A DNA stretch of 64,000 bases from an uncultured Planctomycetales bacterium (lineage in GTDB: Bacteria; Omnitrophota; Gorgyraeia; Zapsychrales; Fredricksoniimonadaceae), in assembly GCA_964520655.1 (NCBI GenBank), contig CAZFNI010000006.1:14790-78789 (forward strand), in the 5' to 3' direction. The position numbers and the translations under genes are program-made. The stretch's first letter is position 1; each line of letters starts with the position of its first letter. Positions 37,676 to 47,236 of the stretch are shown piece by piece. The notes under the pieces were generated by a model. The model made no database searches and had not been told where the DNA came from. It saw only the letters and a program-made list of their open reading frames with translations.

Positions 37676-38220
37676 GAGGATCAATAGCATTGTTCGTATT
37701 GTTCGTGCTTTTAGGATGCGCGCATATCACGGTTGATGCGCCCAAAGAACCTATAAAATTAGATGTGACAATGCGTCTGGATATATATCAGCATATCCAA
37801 AGCGATATTGATGATATCGAGAACATGGTCTCCGGGACTTCCAAGAAAGCCAAAGTCCAGGACAAGCACAGCCTGCTGGACCTGATCGTTACGCAGGCCT
37901 ATGCACAGGAAGGTCTCTCCGCGCAGGTGCAGGCAGCTGTTGAGGGACGTAAAGACCGCCGGGAAAAGCTTTTGAGCTTAGAAGGGGCCGGGATCATTGG
38001 AGAGAATCAACAGGGCCTTGTGGAGGTCAAGAAGCCTTCCTCTGAGGCCCAGGCGATCGTCAGCGCCGAGAATGCCGACCGTAAGGTGATTTACCAGGGG
38101 GTAGCGGATAAGAACGGCAGTTCGGTGGATGCGGTGGCAGGGCTTTATGCCAAACGTTTGCAGAGTGATGCTCCTTTAGGAACTCCTATTGAGACAGACG
38201 GCGGATGGCAGATAAAATAA
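37672..38220 (+). CDS. DUF1318 (YdbL-like) lipoprotein
   Basis: Lipobox LLGCAH; C-terminal ENADRKVIYQGVADKNGSSVDAVAG...DGGWQIK pattern. Confidence 0.4.
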   Translation: MRGSIALFVLFVLLGCAHITVDAPKEPIKLDVTMRLDIYQHIQSDIDDIENMVSGTSKKAKVQDKHSLLDLIVTQAYAQEGLSAQVQAAVEGRKDRREKLLSLEGAGIIGENQQGLVEVKKPSSEAQAIVSAENADRKVIYQGVADKNGSSVDAVAGLYAKRLQSDAPLGTPIETDGGWQIK

Positions 38221-39785
38221 GATCTTTTGCAGCCTGGGGCGCGTGGCTTGTTTTGGGAATACTCCTTTATGCCAAAACTTTCCACGCGCCTTTTTTGTTC
38301 GACGATGAAGCCCTGATCGTGCATAATCCTCTGGTGCAGGACCTCTCGCATGGTTTCGATTCATTCAAGAATATCTACAGTTATCAGCATTCACGGCTTT
38401 TGACGAATGTGACCATTGCCTTCAATTTCCGCTGGGGAGGGCTGGATACGTTCGGCTATCATGTGGTCAATATGCTGCTGCATATCCTCGTCACATTCGG
38501 TGTATGGCGTTTCACGCGGATGGTCATGTCCGTCAAAAATATCTCATCTCCCGTTGATGCCGCATTCTGGACGTCATTGGTATTTTTTGTCCATCCACTG
38601 CATACCGAATCGGTCAGCTATATCAATCATCGTAGCAGCCTTCTCGTCACATTATTTTATTTGTGGTCTTTGATCTTTTATCTTCAGGCCAGGACAGCAC
38701 AGGACAGGGGTCGATCCAGAAAGAATTTTATCCAGGCGGGTCTCTTTGCGCTGCTTGCGGTGTTAAGTAAGGAGAGTGCGTGGACGCTGCCTCTGGCGTG
38801 GGTGAGCGCGGATATGATCCTGCTTGGCCGTAAGCCCGGCAAGCCAGTATGGCTGTCGCTGGCGGTTGTGGCCGGGGCGATGCTGCTGCTTTTTGAATTC
38901 AAGTTCAAAGAGACGCTGTTGGCAGGCCTTTATTCGCAGTCGCACCGCGGTGATTATTTGACACTGGGTAGCTACCTGTTGACCCAGATGAAGGTGTGTT
39001 TGGTCTTTGTCCGTTTGATGATCGTTCCGGTGGGATTGAATGCGGATTATGATTTCGCTATGTCACACAGCATTCTAGAACCGTCGACAGCCGCGGCTTT
39101 TGTGTTTTGGGTTGTGGTCTGTGCTGTTGCGTATGCCTGGCGGCACCGCTGCTGGTTCTTTGCCTGGTGCGTAACGTTGTTTATTGTTAGCCTGTTAAGT
39201 CATTTTGTTCCTGTACGTTATAATGTGATCGCGGAACACAAAACTTATTTGACGCTGGCATTGTTGATGCCCGTATTGGGCGTATGGATGCTGACGTTCC
39301 TGAAAGAGCGTTTCATGATCCTCATGGCCGGCATTATCGCGGTGTTCGCGGTATTGACAATTGCGCGCAATGAAGTTTGGGCCAGTCCATTGGCTCTTTG
39401 GCAGGATACTGTATCCAAATCCCCGCAAAAGCCGCGGCCTTTGTTGAACCTGGCTTCAGCCTTGATGGGGCAGGGCAAGACGGCCCAGGCTGAGGCCATA
39501 TTCTTACAGTTGGCTCAGATCGCTCCAGAATATTGTGAAACCTACATCAACTTAGCGCAGATAGAAACAGACCGGGGGAATTTGGAAAAGGCCTTAAGCT
39601 ATTCAAACAGGGCGATCGCGGTCAATCCCGGGTTTGATGTGGCTAATTTACAGAACGCATTTTTGCATGACCGCATGGGTCACAGAAGCGAGGCGCTGAA
39701 GAGTTTTAAAGTTTGGCTTTCCCTTCACCCCAATGATGCCTTTGTGACGAACCGTATTCAATCCCTGCAGCGTCAGGACAATTAA
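38205..39785 (+). CDS. polytopic membrane protein with C-terminal TPR repeats (TMTC/PMT-like), paralog of 33618-35138
   Basis: N-terminal loop FLFDDEALIVHNP, about 11 TM helices, C-terminal TPR array. Confidence 0.5.
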   Translation: MADKIRSFAAWGAWLVLGILLYAKTFHAPFLFDDEALIVHNPLVQDLSHGFDSFKNIYSYQHSRLLTNVTIAFNFRWGGLDTFGYHVVNMLLHILVTFGVWRFTRMVMSVKNISSPVDAAFWTSLVFFVHPLHTESVSYINHRSSLLVTLFYLWSLIFYLQARTAQDRGRSRKNFIQAGLFALLAVLSKESAWTLPLAWVSADMILLGRKPGKPVWLSLAVVAGAMLLLFEFKFKETLLAGLYSQSHRGDYLTLGSYLLTQMKVCLVFVRLMIVPVGLNADYDFAMSHSILEPSTAAAFVFWVVVCAVAYAWRHRCWFFAWCVTLFIVSLLSHFVPVRYNVIAEHKTYLTLALLMPVLGVWMLTFLKERFMILMAGIIAVFAVLTIARNEVWASPLALWQDTVSKSPQKPRPLLNLASALMGQGKTAQAEAIFLQLAQIAPEYCETYINLAQIETDRGNLEKALSYSNRAIAVNPGFDVANLQNAFLHDRMGHRSEALKSFKVWLSLHPNDAFVTNRIQSLQRQDN

Positions 39786-40822
39786 GCAAATCTACTTTTA
39801 TCAATGGCTTTGAGGAAGGCGTTCTCTTTGGAGATCTTGCCGGCGGCAAGCAATTGGGCGATGGAATCGTCCATGAGCTGCATGCCCATGGCGCGGTTCA
39901 TCTGTATCTCACCGTTTAGTTTCACTGTTTCGCCGGACTGGATGATATTTGTTAACGCGGTGGATTTAAGCAGGATCTCATAGGCCGCATAGCGGCGGTT
40001 CCCGTCGACACTTGGGATCAACTGTTGGGCGATGATGGCTCTTAGATTATTGGCCAGGATCGTGCGGATCTGGTTCTTGCGGCTCATCGGGAACGCGTCG
40101 ACGATGCGGTCTACGGTCTTGGCCGCCGAGTTGGTGTGAAGGGTCCCGAAGACCAATATGCCCATTTCTGAGGCCGTGAGCGCCAGTTCCATGGTCTCTG
40201 TATCGCGCATTTCCCCGACTAAGATGATATTGGCATCGCTTTTGATGGCGGTACGTAATCCTGAGGAGAATGACACCGTGTCGCGCCCGACCTCGCGGTG
40301 GGAGATCAAGCATTTTTTCTTGGGATGGATGAATTCCACCGGCTCCTCAATGGTGATGATCTTAAACGAGAAGTTCGTATTTAAATAATCCATGACTGCG
40401 GCCAGGGTGGTCGATTTACCGCTGCCGGTCGGACCCGTGACCAGGACAAGGCCTGATTTCCATTTGGCAAAATTTTTGATGTGTGCAGGGAGATCTAGTT
40501 CTTCAATGGTGCGTATCTTTGAGGGGATCAGGCGGAACACCGCTCCCATCCCATGGAAATGCTTAAAGTAATTGGCCCGCATGCGGTAGCCGTTGAAGCT
40601 ATGGGCGAAGTCCAAGTCCCCGGTCGACAGAAAGTTGCGCCATTCATCGGGAGCCGCGATCGGGGAGAGAAGACGGGTCAAGGACTCATTGGTCAGGAGA
40701 GCGTCACCGATATCGACGAGAACACCTTGCGAACGCATTTTGGGTTTCTGTCCTTCCTCCAGGTGAAGGTCAGAGCCTGAGCGTTCGATCAACAATTGAA
40801 ATAAGGCATCGATCTCTGCCAT
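39782..40822 (-). CDS. pilT: type IV pilus retraction ATPase PilT
   Basis: Walker A GPTGSGKSTT, Asp box, His box, PilT-type C-terminus. Confidence 0.85.
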   Translation of the reverse strand: MAEIDALFQLLIERSGSDLHLEEGQKPKMRSQGVLVDIGDALLTNESLTRLLSPIAAPDEWRNFLSTGDLDFAHSFNGYRMRANYFKHFHGMGAVFRLIPSKIRTIEELDLPAHIKNFAKWKSGLVLVTGPTGSGKSTTLAAVMDYLNTNFSFKIITIEEPVEFIHPKKKCLISHREVGRDTVSFSSGLRTAIKSDANIILVGEMRDTETMELALTASEMGILVFGTLHTNSAAKTVDRIVDAFPMSRKNQIRTILANNLRAIIAQQLIPSVDGNRRYAAYEILLKSTALTNIIQSGETVKLNGEIQMNRAMGMQLMDDSIAQLLAAGKISKENAFLKAIDKSRFA

Positions 40823-40825
40823 GGG

Positions 40826-41935
40826 TTATTTTCCGATCATTGTCAGCATCATTGCCGGGTTGATGGCCCTGTCCAAAGCTTCATTCCTGTCAATGATGCC
40901 GTTAGCTGCTAACGTTTGAAGTGAAGTGTCCATTAACTGCATGCCGAATGAACGACCGGTTGTCATGACATTGTTCATCTGGGATATTTTCCCTTCGCGG
41001 ATCAGGCTGGCGACGGAATGGTTGACGATCAGCACTTCAAACGCGGGGACCATGCCTTTGCCGTCCTTGCGCGGGATCAGCTGCTGGCAAATGACGCCGC
41101 GCAGGGATTCCGAGATCATGTTGCGCATGATTCCCTGTTCATCCGCCGGGAAAGAATCGATCAGTTTGGAAATGGTCTGCACCGCATTGACCGTGTTCAT
41201 GGTGCCAAAGACCAAGTGTCCAGTCTCTGAAGCAGAAATGGCCAGTTGTATCGTTTTTAAGTCACGCAATTCACTAACAACAAGAATATCCGGATCTTCG
41301 CGTAGAGCGGCACGCAAAGCATTATTCTGCGACATGGTGTGACTACCCACTTCACGCTGAGTGATCTGGCATTTTTGCGGCTGAAAAACAATTTCAATGG
41401 GGGATTCGATCGTAATGATATGATCTGCCCGATGGCCGTTAACTAAATTGATCAACGAAGATAATGTGGTTGTTTTTCCACAGCCCGCTGGCCCGGTGAC
41501 CAAGACCATCCCTTGCGCCCATTTGGTCAGGTTGACGCAAGCCTGGCTTAAGCCGATCTCTTCTGGCGTGGGGATCTTAGAGGGGATAAGCCTTACCGTC
41601 AAATCCCAGCCGTCACGCTGTTTTAACAGGGACATGCGGAAACGTCCGTTGCCGGGTATGCTGTGCACATACTCCATATCGCCGGTCGCATCAAAAGTTT
41701 TGACGATCTCAACGGGGAGCGCGTTCTTGATCAATTCTTCGGTTTGTTTGGCTGTTAATACGGCTTCGGAGATATTTGTCAATTTCCCAAAGATCCGAAA
41801 GATCAGGGGATTATTGGAACACAGATGGATATCACTGGCGCCTTGCTGGCGAGCCAGGATCAAGATCATGTTAAGATCAGAGGGGATATTGCCCATGGGC
41901 TTGATTATAAAATGAAAGCCCTGATTCACAAGCAA
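40826..41935 (-). CDS. PilT/PilU-family pilus retraction ATPase (paralog)
   Basis: Walker A GPAGCGKTTT; conserved PilT family blocks; tandem with pilT. Confidence 0.8.
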   Translation of the reverse strand: MLVNQGFHFIIKPMGNIPSDLNMILILARQQGASDIHLCSNNPLIFRIFGKLTNISEAVLTAKQTEELIKNALPVEIVKTFDATGDMEYVHSIPGNGRFRMSLLKQRDGWDLTVRLIPSKIPTPEEIGLSQACVNLTKWAQGMVLVTGPAGCGKTTTLSSLINLVNGHRADHIITIESPIEIVFQPQKCQITQREVGSHTMSQNNALRAALREDPDILVVSELRDLKTIQLAISASETGHLVFGTMNTVNAVQTISKLIDSFPADEQGIMRNMISESLRGVICQQLIPRKDGKGMVPAFEVLIVNHSVASLIREGKISQMNNVMTTGRSFGMQLMDTSLQTLAANGIIDRNEALDRAINPAMMLTMIGK

Positions 41936-41989
41936 AGAATTGCTTTATTTTTTAAGATCGATGGGTAAGATATGAATAAGGGAGGGTGT

Positions 41990-42784
41990 ATGAAAAACAT
42001 CGGGATTCTTTTATGTGCCGTTTTTTTATTCCAGCCATTGGCAGTGGCCGAGGTCAAAACTCAGGAGATCGATTATCAGGACGGAAATACCAGGTTTAAA
42101 GGTTATCTGGCGTATGACGATGCGGTCGCAACGCAGCGTCCAGCTATCCTTATCGTGCATGAGTGGTGGGGGCATAATGAATATGTCCGCAAACGTGCCC
42201 GCATGCTGGCTGAACTTGGGTATGTCGGGTTTGCCATCGATATGTACGGCGACGGCAAGCACGCGGATCATCCGGATCAGGCGGCAGCCTTTATGAAAGC
42301 AGTTACTGACAATGAAGTGTTAGCCCGGACCAGGTTTGGTACCGCTTACGAGATCCTTAAAAGTTTTTCGCTGACTGACACAAACCGCATCGGCGCGATC
42401 GGATACTGTTTCGGCGGGGCAACAGTTCTAAAAGCAGCCTTGGCAAATACGCCGTTGCTGGGTGTTGTCAGTTTCCATGGAGCGCTGGCGCTGCCTTCAA
42501 AGTTACCGGCACCTGGTGAGGTCAAGACCAAGATATTGGTTTGCCACGGCGGGGATGACCAGTTGATCCCTCCTGAACAGATCGCGTCTTTTAAGAAAGC
42601 CATGGATGAAGCAAAAGTCGACTATGTTTTTAATGTCTATCCAGGTGCCAAGCACAGCTTCACTAATCCTGATGCGGACGAGTACGCGAAAAAATTCGGT
42701 ATGCCGGTGGCGTATAGTGAAGCGGCAGACAAAGAGTCTTGGGCAGATATGCAGGATTTCTTTAAAAAGCTGTTCTCAAAATAA
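41990..42784 (+). CDS. dienelactone hydrolase family protein
   Basis: Signal peptide; alpha/beta-hydrolase nucleophile elbow GYCFGG; DLH-like length. Confidence 0.65.
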   Translation: MKNIGILLCAVFLFQPLAVAEVKTQEIDYQDGNTRFKGYLAYDDAVATQRPAILIVHEWWGHNEYVRKRARMLAELGYVGFAIDMYGDGKHADHPDQAAAFMKAVTDNEVLARTRFGTAYEILKSFSLTDTNRIGAIGYCFGGATVLKAALANTPLLGVVSFHGALALPSKLPAPGEVKTKILVCHGGDDQLIPPEQIASFKKAMDEAKVDYVFNVYPGAKHSFTNPDADEYAKKFGMPVAYSEAADKESWADMQDFFKKLFSK

Positions 42785-42850
42785 AAGTTTTTTCATTGAA
42801 AACAGTATGGATATGTTACAATGACAAAAATTTCTGAAAAATTATTTTAT

Positions 42851-43321
42851 ATGATGGAGGCTAATGTGTTTACCCGATTATTCCTAGCTGTTGTTTTCTT
42901 TTCTGTATTGACCGGATGCGCGACCACACAACCTAAGCCCAGCGATGCCCTGCAGAACCGCGTGATCGATCTGGAAAAGAAATTAGAGGAAAAAGATTCT
43001 GAGATCGTTGACCTTCAGTATGAGGTCAAAGACCTGCACAGCAAGGTTGAGAACAGCAAGCCTGTTATGGCTGTTACTGAAGATGTTTCTGCCGCTGTTG
43101 CGGATAAATCCGTCGATGATAAGGTGATCAAGGTCAATGTCAGCACGGCCAAAGTGCAGACAGCCTTAAAGAATGCCGGGCATTATACAGGCAAGATCGA
43201 TGGTAAAGCCGGAACCGGTACCAAAGCCGCCATTGCGGCTTTCCAGAAATCCCAAGGGTTGGCCGCTGACGGAGTTGTCGGCCGCAAAACCTGGGATGCC
43301 TTAAAACAATACCTGAAATAA
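42851..43321 (+). CDS. lipoprotein with coiled coil and C-terminal peptidoglycan-binding (PG_binding_1) domain
   Basis: LTGCATT lipobox; C-terminal VQTALKNAGHYTGKIDGKAGTGTKAAIAAFQKSQGLAADGVVGRKTWDAL. The true start may be the GTG at 42866, which has a GGAGG RBS. Confidence 0.5.
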   Translation: MMEANVFTRLFLAVVFFSVLTGCATTQPKPSDALQNRVIDLEKKLEEKDSEIVDLQYEVKDLHSKVENSKPVMAVTEDVSAAVADKSVDDKVIKVNVSTAKVQTALKNAGHYTGKIDGKAGTGTKAAIAAFQKSQGLAADGVVGRKTWDALKQYLK

Positions 43322-43323
43322 TC

Positions 43324-44376
43324 GTGATCGACCTTAACACCATCGGGGAAGAGCAGCTGCTGAGTACACGGCTGTGCGACCTGCCTATTTCTATTGAAGG
43401 CACATGGCTCAAGGACTGTGTGGCACAGTTGAACGCGGAACTGACAGCCCAGGGGATCATGTTCTCACCGACTTGTTATCTGGCTGATGAATGGCTGACC
43501 CCTGAAGGGGAGACTGTCATCGGAATTCCTTTTTATCTGGCCCATCCTGTCTTGATCAAATTAGAACATAAAATGATGCTGGAGGCAGAGGGTGAAGGCA
43601 AGAGGTGGTGCATGCAGCTGCTGCGTCATGAGACCGGGCACTCCTTGACCTATGCCTACAAGCTCAATGAACGTAAAGACTGGCAGCGCATGTTCGGTTC
43701 TCCGTCGCAGGAATACGGGGAAACATATAAATTCAAACCTTATAGTAAGAATTTCGTCCGTCATCTTGACGGGTTCTACGCACAATACCATCCGGATGAG
43801 GATTTTGTCGAGACATTCGCGGTCTGGTTGACCCCGGGGTCTGACTGGCGCAGGGAATATCAGGGGTACGGGGCGTTAAAGAAACTGGAATTCGTCGACC
43901 ATCTGATGGCTGAGATCAAGGGTAAGCCGCCGCTTAAACGTAGCGGACGCAAGTTATGGAGCCAGGCCAAAAGCCGAATGACGCTGGCGAAATATTATGC
44001 TAAAAAGCAAAGCGGTCGCGAAGATCTGATCGATTTCCATGATGTTGGGCTGCATAAGATCTTTAAGGCCCTCTCCCAGGAAGAATGGATCGCTTTCAAG
44101 AAAGAACAGCGCAAGAACAAATCATTACTAACGGCTTCCGGGTTGATCCAGGCATATGCGAAGAATTTGTTGAATAGTGTTGACCGCACGACCGGAGAGC
44201 GAAAATATATCATCAACGGACTGATCAAGAACATTGCGCTGCGTGCAAGGCAATTGAACATGGTCGTTGTGGGTGATGAGAAGGTGGCTTTGCTCCAACT
44301 TGCAGTTTATGTGACGAGCCTTGTCGCTAATTATGTACACACAGGCTGGTATCGGGGGAAAGAACACAGCGTATGA
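43324..44376 (+). CDS. hypothetical protein with HExxH motif (putative zinc-dependent hydrolase)
   Basis: LLRHETGHSL contains HExxH; 4-nt overlap with the downstream ATP-grasp gene. Confidence 0.4.
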   Translation: MIDLNTIGEEQLLSTRLCDLPISIEGTWLKDCVAQLNAELTAQGIMFSPTCYLADEWLTPEGETVIGIPFYLAHPVLIKLEHKMMLEAEGEGKRWCMQLLRHETGHSLTYAYKLNERKDWQRMFGSPSQEYGETYKFKPYSKNFVRHLDGFYAQYHPDEDFVETFAVWLTPGSDWRREYQGYGALKKLEFVDHLMAEIKGKPPLKRSGRKLWSQAKSRMTLAKYYAKKQSGREDLIDFHDVGLHKIFKALSQEEWIAFKKEQRKNKSLLTASGLIQAYAKNLLNSVDRTTGERKYIINGLIKNIALRARQLNMVVVGDEKVALLQLAVYVTSLVANYVHTGWYRGKEHSV

Positions 44377-45401
44377 AAAAGAAGCTCAACGTATTGATGC
44401 TGTTTTACAGTCCATACCAAAAGCCGCGCGGTTATGACTACAAAGAGGAATTCGCCGATCCGGATAATATGTATACCGAGAAGGACGTGATGTTGGCACT
44501 CAAGGCGCTGGGACACGACGTGTCCCTGCTGGGGGTCTATAATGACATATCTCCGCTCTTTGAGCAGATCAAGGAAAATAAGCCAGATGTGATCTTTAAT
44601 ATGATGGAGATCTTTAATGACCAGACGCATCTGGAGAAGAATATGGCCGCCGTGCTGGAGCTGTTAGATATCCCGTTTACCGGGGCTTCCTCGGGCGTGT
44701 TGTTCTTGTGCAACAATAAGGCTCTCTCCAAAAAGATCTTCGTGCATCACAAGGTCAAGGTCTCCAAATTCACCCCGTATTACCGGGGAAAACGCATCGT
44801 TGTCCCTAAGAAATTGAAGCTGCCGGCGGTGATCAAGCCCTTGTGCGAAGAAGCGTCCCGCGGCATCTCCCAGGCTTCGATCGTCGACAGCGTCCAGGGT
44901 TTTGTGGAGCGTATTAAATTTATCCACGAGAATTTACAGCTGGATGCGATCGCGGAGGAATATATTGAAGGCCGTGAGTTTTACGTCAGCGTGTTGGGGT
45001 TCAAGCAGATCACGGTGCTGCCAGCGAGGGAAATGCTGTTTACCAATATGCCAGAGGGGGAACCGCGTATTGCCACCTACAAGGCCAAGTGGGATGATGC
45101 CTACCGAAAGAAATGGGGGATCAAAAGCGTGGCGGCCTCCAAGATCTCGGAAGATCTGCAGAAGAAGATGGCGGATGTGTGCAAACGCGCTTACAGGGCC
45201 ATGGATATGGACAGCTATGTGCGTTTTGATATTCGCGTGGATGCCAACGATGAGGTATATATCATTGAACCCAATGCCAACCCGTGCATCGCCAAAATGG
45301 ATGAGATCGCCCAGTCGGCCATGAAGGCTGGGATGTCTTATGAAGACCTAATACAAAAAGTCTTGGATCTGGCGCTCTTGCGCCATGACAATAGAAAGTA
45401 G
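44373..45401 (+). CDS. ATP-grasp ligase of the D-alanine-D-alanine ligase-like family
   Basis: N-terminal Ddl-like pre-ATP-grasp domain, central KP...E..RG, and C-terminal E..EGREF...D..EPN motifs. Confidence 0.6.
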   Translation: MKKKLNVLMLFYSPYQKPRGYDYKEEFADPDNMYTEKDVMLALKALGHDVSLLGVYNDISPLFEQIKENKPDVIFNMMEIFNDQTHLEKNMAAVLELLDIPFTGASSGVLFLCNNKALSKKIFVHHKVKVSKFTPYYRGKRIVVPKKLKLPAVIKPLCEEASRGISQASIVDSVQGFVERIKFIHENLQLDAIAEEYIEGREFYVSVLGFKQITVLPAREMLFTNMPEGEPRIATYKAKWDDAYRKKWGIKSVAASKISEDLQKKMADVCKRAYRAMDMDSYVRFDIRVDANDEVYIIEPNANPCIAKMDEIAQSAMKAGMSYEDLIQKVLDLALLRHDNRK

Positions 45402-45406
45402 AACCT

Positions 45407-46180
45407 ATGCAGGTATCAAAACCGCTTGTTGTGCTCGACCTTGAAACTACAGGGACCTGGATCGAAAAAGATCGCATCATCGAGATCGCCCTGATCAAGG
45501 TCAACCCTGATAAGAGCGAAGAAACATTTGAGAGCAAGGTCAATCCGTGCATGCCAATCCCACCTGTTGTCAGTGAATTGACGGGGATCAAGGATGAAGA
45601 TGTCAAGAATGCTCCGACGTTCACAACCATTGCAGGCAAGGTCATAGAGTTTATCGGGGGCGCGGACTTAGGCGGATTTAACGCCGAGCGTTTTGACATC
45701 CCGTTATTGAGCAGGGAATTCAGTGATGCCGGCCTCAAGTTCGATTTAAGCGGACGGGCCATTTTTGATGCCCAGAAAGTGTATCACCTTCATCAGAAAA
45801 GGGATCTCTCCGCGGCGTATTTGTTTTACTGCCATCAGGAATTGAACAATGCGCATTCCGCATTGGCGGACACCCGGGCGACGCTTAATATCCTCGAGGA
45901 ACAGATCACACGTTATGGCAATGGCAATCCGCATATTGACGCGCTTAAGGATTTTAATTATCGTCAAAGCAGTGAATTCTTTGACAGCGACCGCAAATTC
46001 CGCTGGTGGAACGGCGAGTTGTATATGACCTTCGGGAAATATGCCAAGAAAGAATCGTTGCGCGTTGTTGCCCAGAAAGACCCGGGATATTTGAACTGGA
46101 TCTTAGATAAAGATTTCAGCGACGATATCAAGCTTATGATCCAGGATGTTCTTAACGGTCGTCATCCCAAACAGGAATAA
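45407..46180 (+). CDS. DEDD-family 3'-5' exonuclease (DnaQ-like) with C-terminal extension
   Basis: VVLDLETTG (exo I), exo II and HSALADT (exo III) motifs. Confidence 0.7.
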   Translation: MQVSKPLVVLDLETTGTWIEKDRIIEIALIKVNPDKSEETFESKVNPCMPIPPVVSELTGIKDEDVKNAPTFTTIAGKVIEFIGGADLGGFNAERFDIPLLSREFSDAGLKFDLSGRAIFDAQKVYHLHQKRDLSAAYLFYCHQELNNAHSALADTRATLNILEEQITRYGNGNPHIDALKDFNYRQSSEFFDSDRKFRWWNGELYMTFGKYAKKESLRVVAQKDPGYLNWILDKDFSDDIKLMIQDVLNGRHPKQE

Positions 46181-46269
46181 TGTCCTGATTTTATTTTTAA
46201 CTTGAGATTTCTGAGGCGCGCGATAGAATACATTCCATTATTGAAAAACGTCTTGGGGAGGGCATAGGT

Positions 46270-46629
46270 ATGAAGAATTTATGGTTAGGTTGTCTGATCG
46301 CGTTTACCTCAATTACTGTCCTTAATGCAGCTCCCAAGCAGGATCCGGTCACATCCCCTTCGATCGTGACCAGTCCTAAAGACGGTAAGGAACAGGGGTT
46401 CACCGTCCAGGTGTATTCATTCCTGGATTCTGTTCGCGCGCAGAAAGCAGTAGAAAGCTTAAAGAATGTCGGGTATAAAGCATTTCAGGAAGTAAGCGAC
46501 TTGGGCGACAAAGGCGTATTCTACCGCGTGCGCATCGGTGATCTTGCCAATGAGGCCCAGGCGCAGAAATTATTGGAAGATATCCGCAAGAACTACAAAG
46601 ACGGATTTATCACAAAAAAACAAAAATAA
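46270..46629 (+). CDS. SPOR domain protein
   Basis: Signal peptide; FTVQVYSF...GYKAFQ...VFYRVRIGDL SPOR-like RNP fold. Confidence 0.6.
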   Translation: MKNLWLGCLIAFTSITVLNAAPKQDPVTSPSIVTSPKDGKEQGFTVQVYSFLDSVRAQKAVESLKNVGYKAFQEVSDLGDKGVFYRVRIGDLANEAQAQKLLEDIRKNYKDGFITKKQK

Positions 46630-46636
46630 GGGTCCT

Positions 46637-47236
46637 ATGAAAAAATTTATCTTTTTCTCTATCTGTGTTGTGTTCGCAGTAACCGGCTGTTCGACGACGA
46701 AAGTGTCCCGTATTGATGTGAACAAGGTCACGGATTTTAGCGGCCAGTGGAATGATACGGACGCGCGCTTGACCGCGGAGGCCATGATCGCTGATTGTTT
46801 AAACGGCAGCTGGATCAATGAATTCAATAAAGAACAGGGCCGTACCCCGACAGTGATCATCGGTAAGATCAAGAACAAGACCTATGAACACTTAAGCAGC
46901 GATATTTTTACGAGTGACTTGGAAAGGGCGTTGACCAATTCGGGTAAGATCACCTTTGTCGCGGACAAGGAAGCCCGCATGGAGATCCGCGAAGAACGCT
47001 TAGACCAGCAGCAGGGGAACACCGAGCCCTCAACAATATCAGAAAAGGGGCATGAGACCGGAGCGGATTTTATGCTGCAGGGAGCGATCGAAGCCATTAA
47101 AGATGAGGTCAAAGGCAAATATGCCATGTTCTACCAGATCACGCTCGAGATGGTTGATATGAAAACCAATCAGAAAAAATGGATCAGCCAGAAAGAGATC
47201 AAAAAGATCGTTGAACATCCCCCGGTCAAGATGTAA
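46637..47236 (+). CDS. LpoB-like lipoprotein (penicillin-binding protein activator)
   Basis: Start trimmed to MKKFIFFSICVVFAVTGCS; length and TVIIGKIKNKT...GKITFV pattern resemble LpoB. Confidence 0.45.
   Translation: MKKFIFFSICVVFAVTGCSTTKVSRIDVNKVTDFSGQWNDTDARLTAEAMIADCLNGSWINEFNKEQGRTPTVIIGKIKNKTYEHLSSDIFTSDLERALTNSGKITFVADKEARMEIREERLDQQQGNTEPSTISEKGHETGADFMLQGAIEAIKDEVKGKYAMFYQITLEMVDMKTNQKKWISQKEIKKIVEHPPVKM

Noticed and set aside
41972-41989. Start of the dienelactone hydrolase at 41972
   Set aside because: A downstream Met (41990, MKNIGILL...) gives a cleaner signal peptide. The upstream codons add only MNKGGC and overlap the divergent pilT promoter region.
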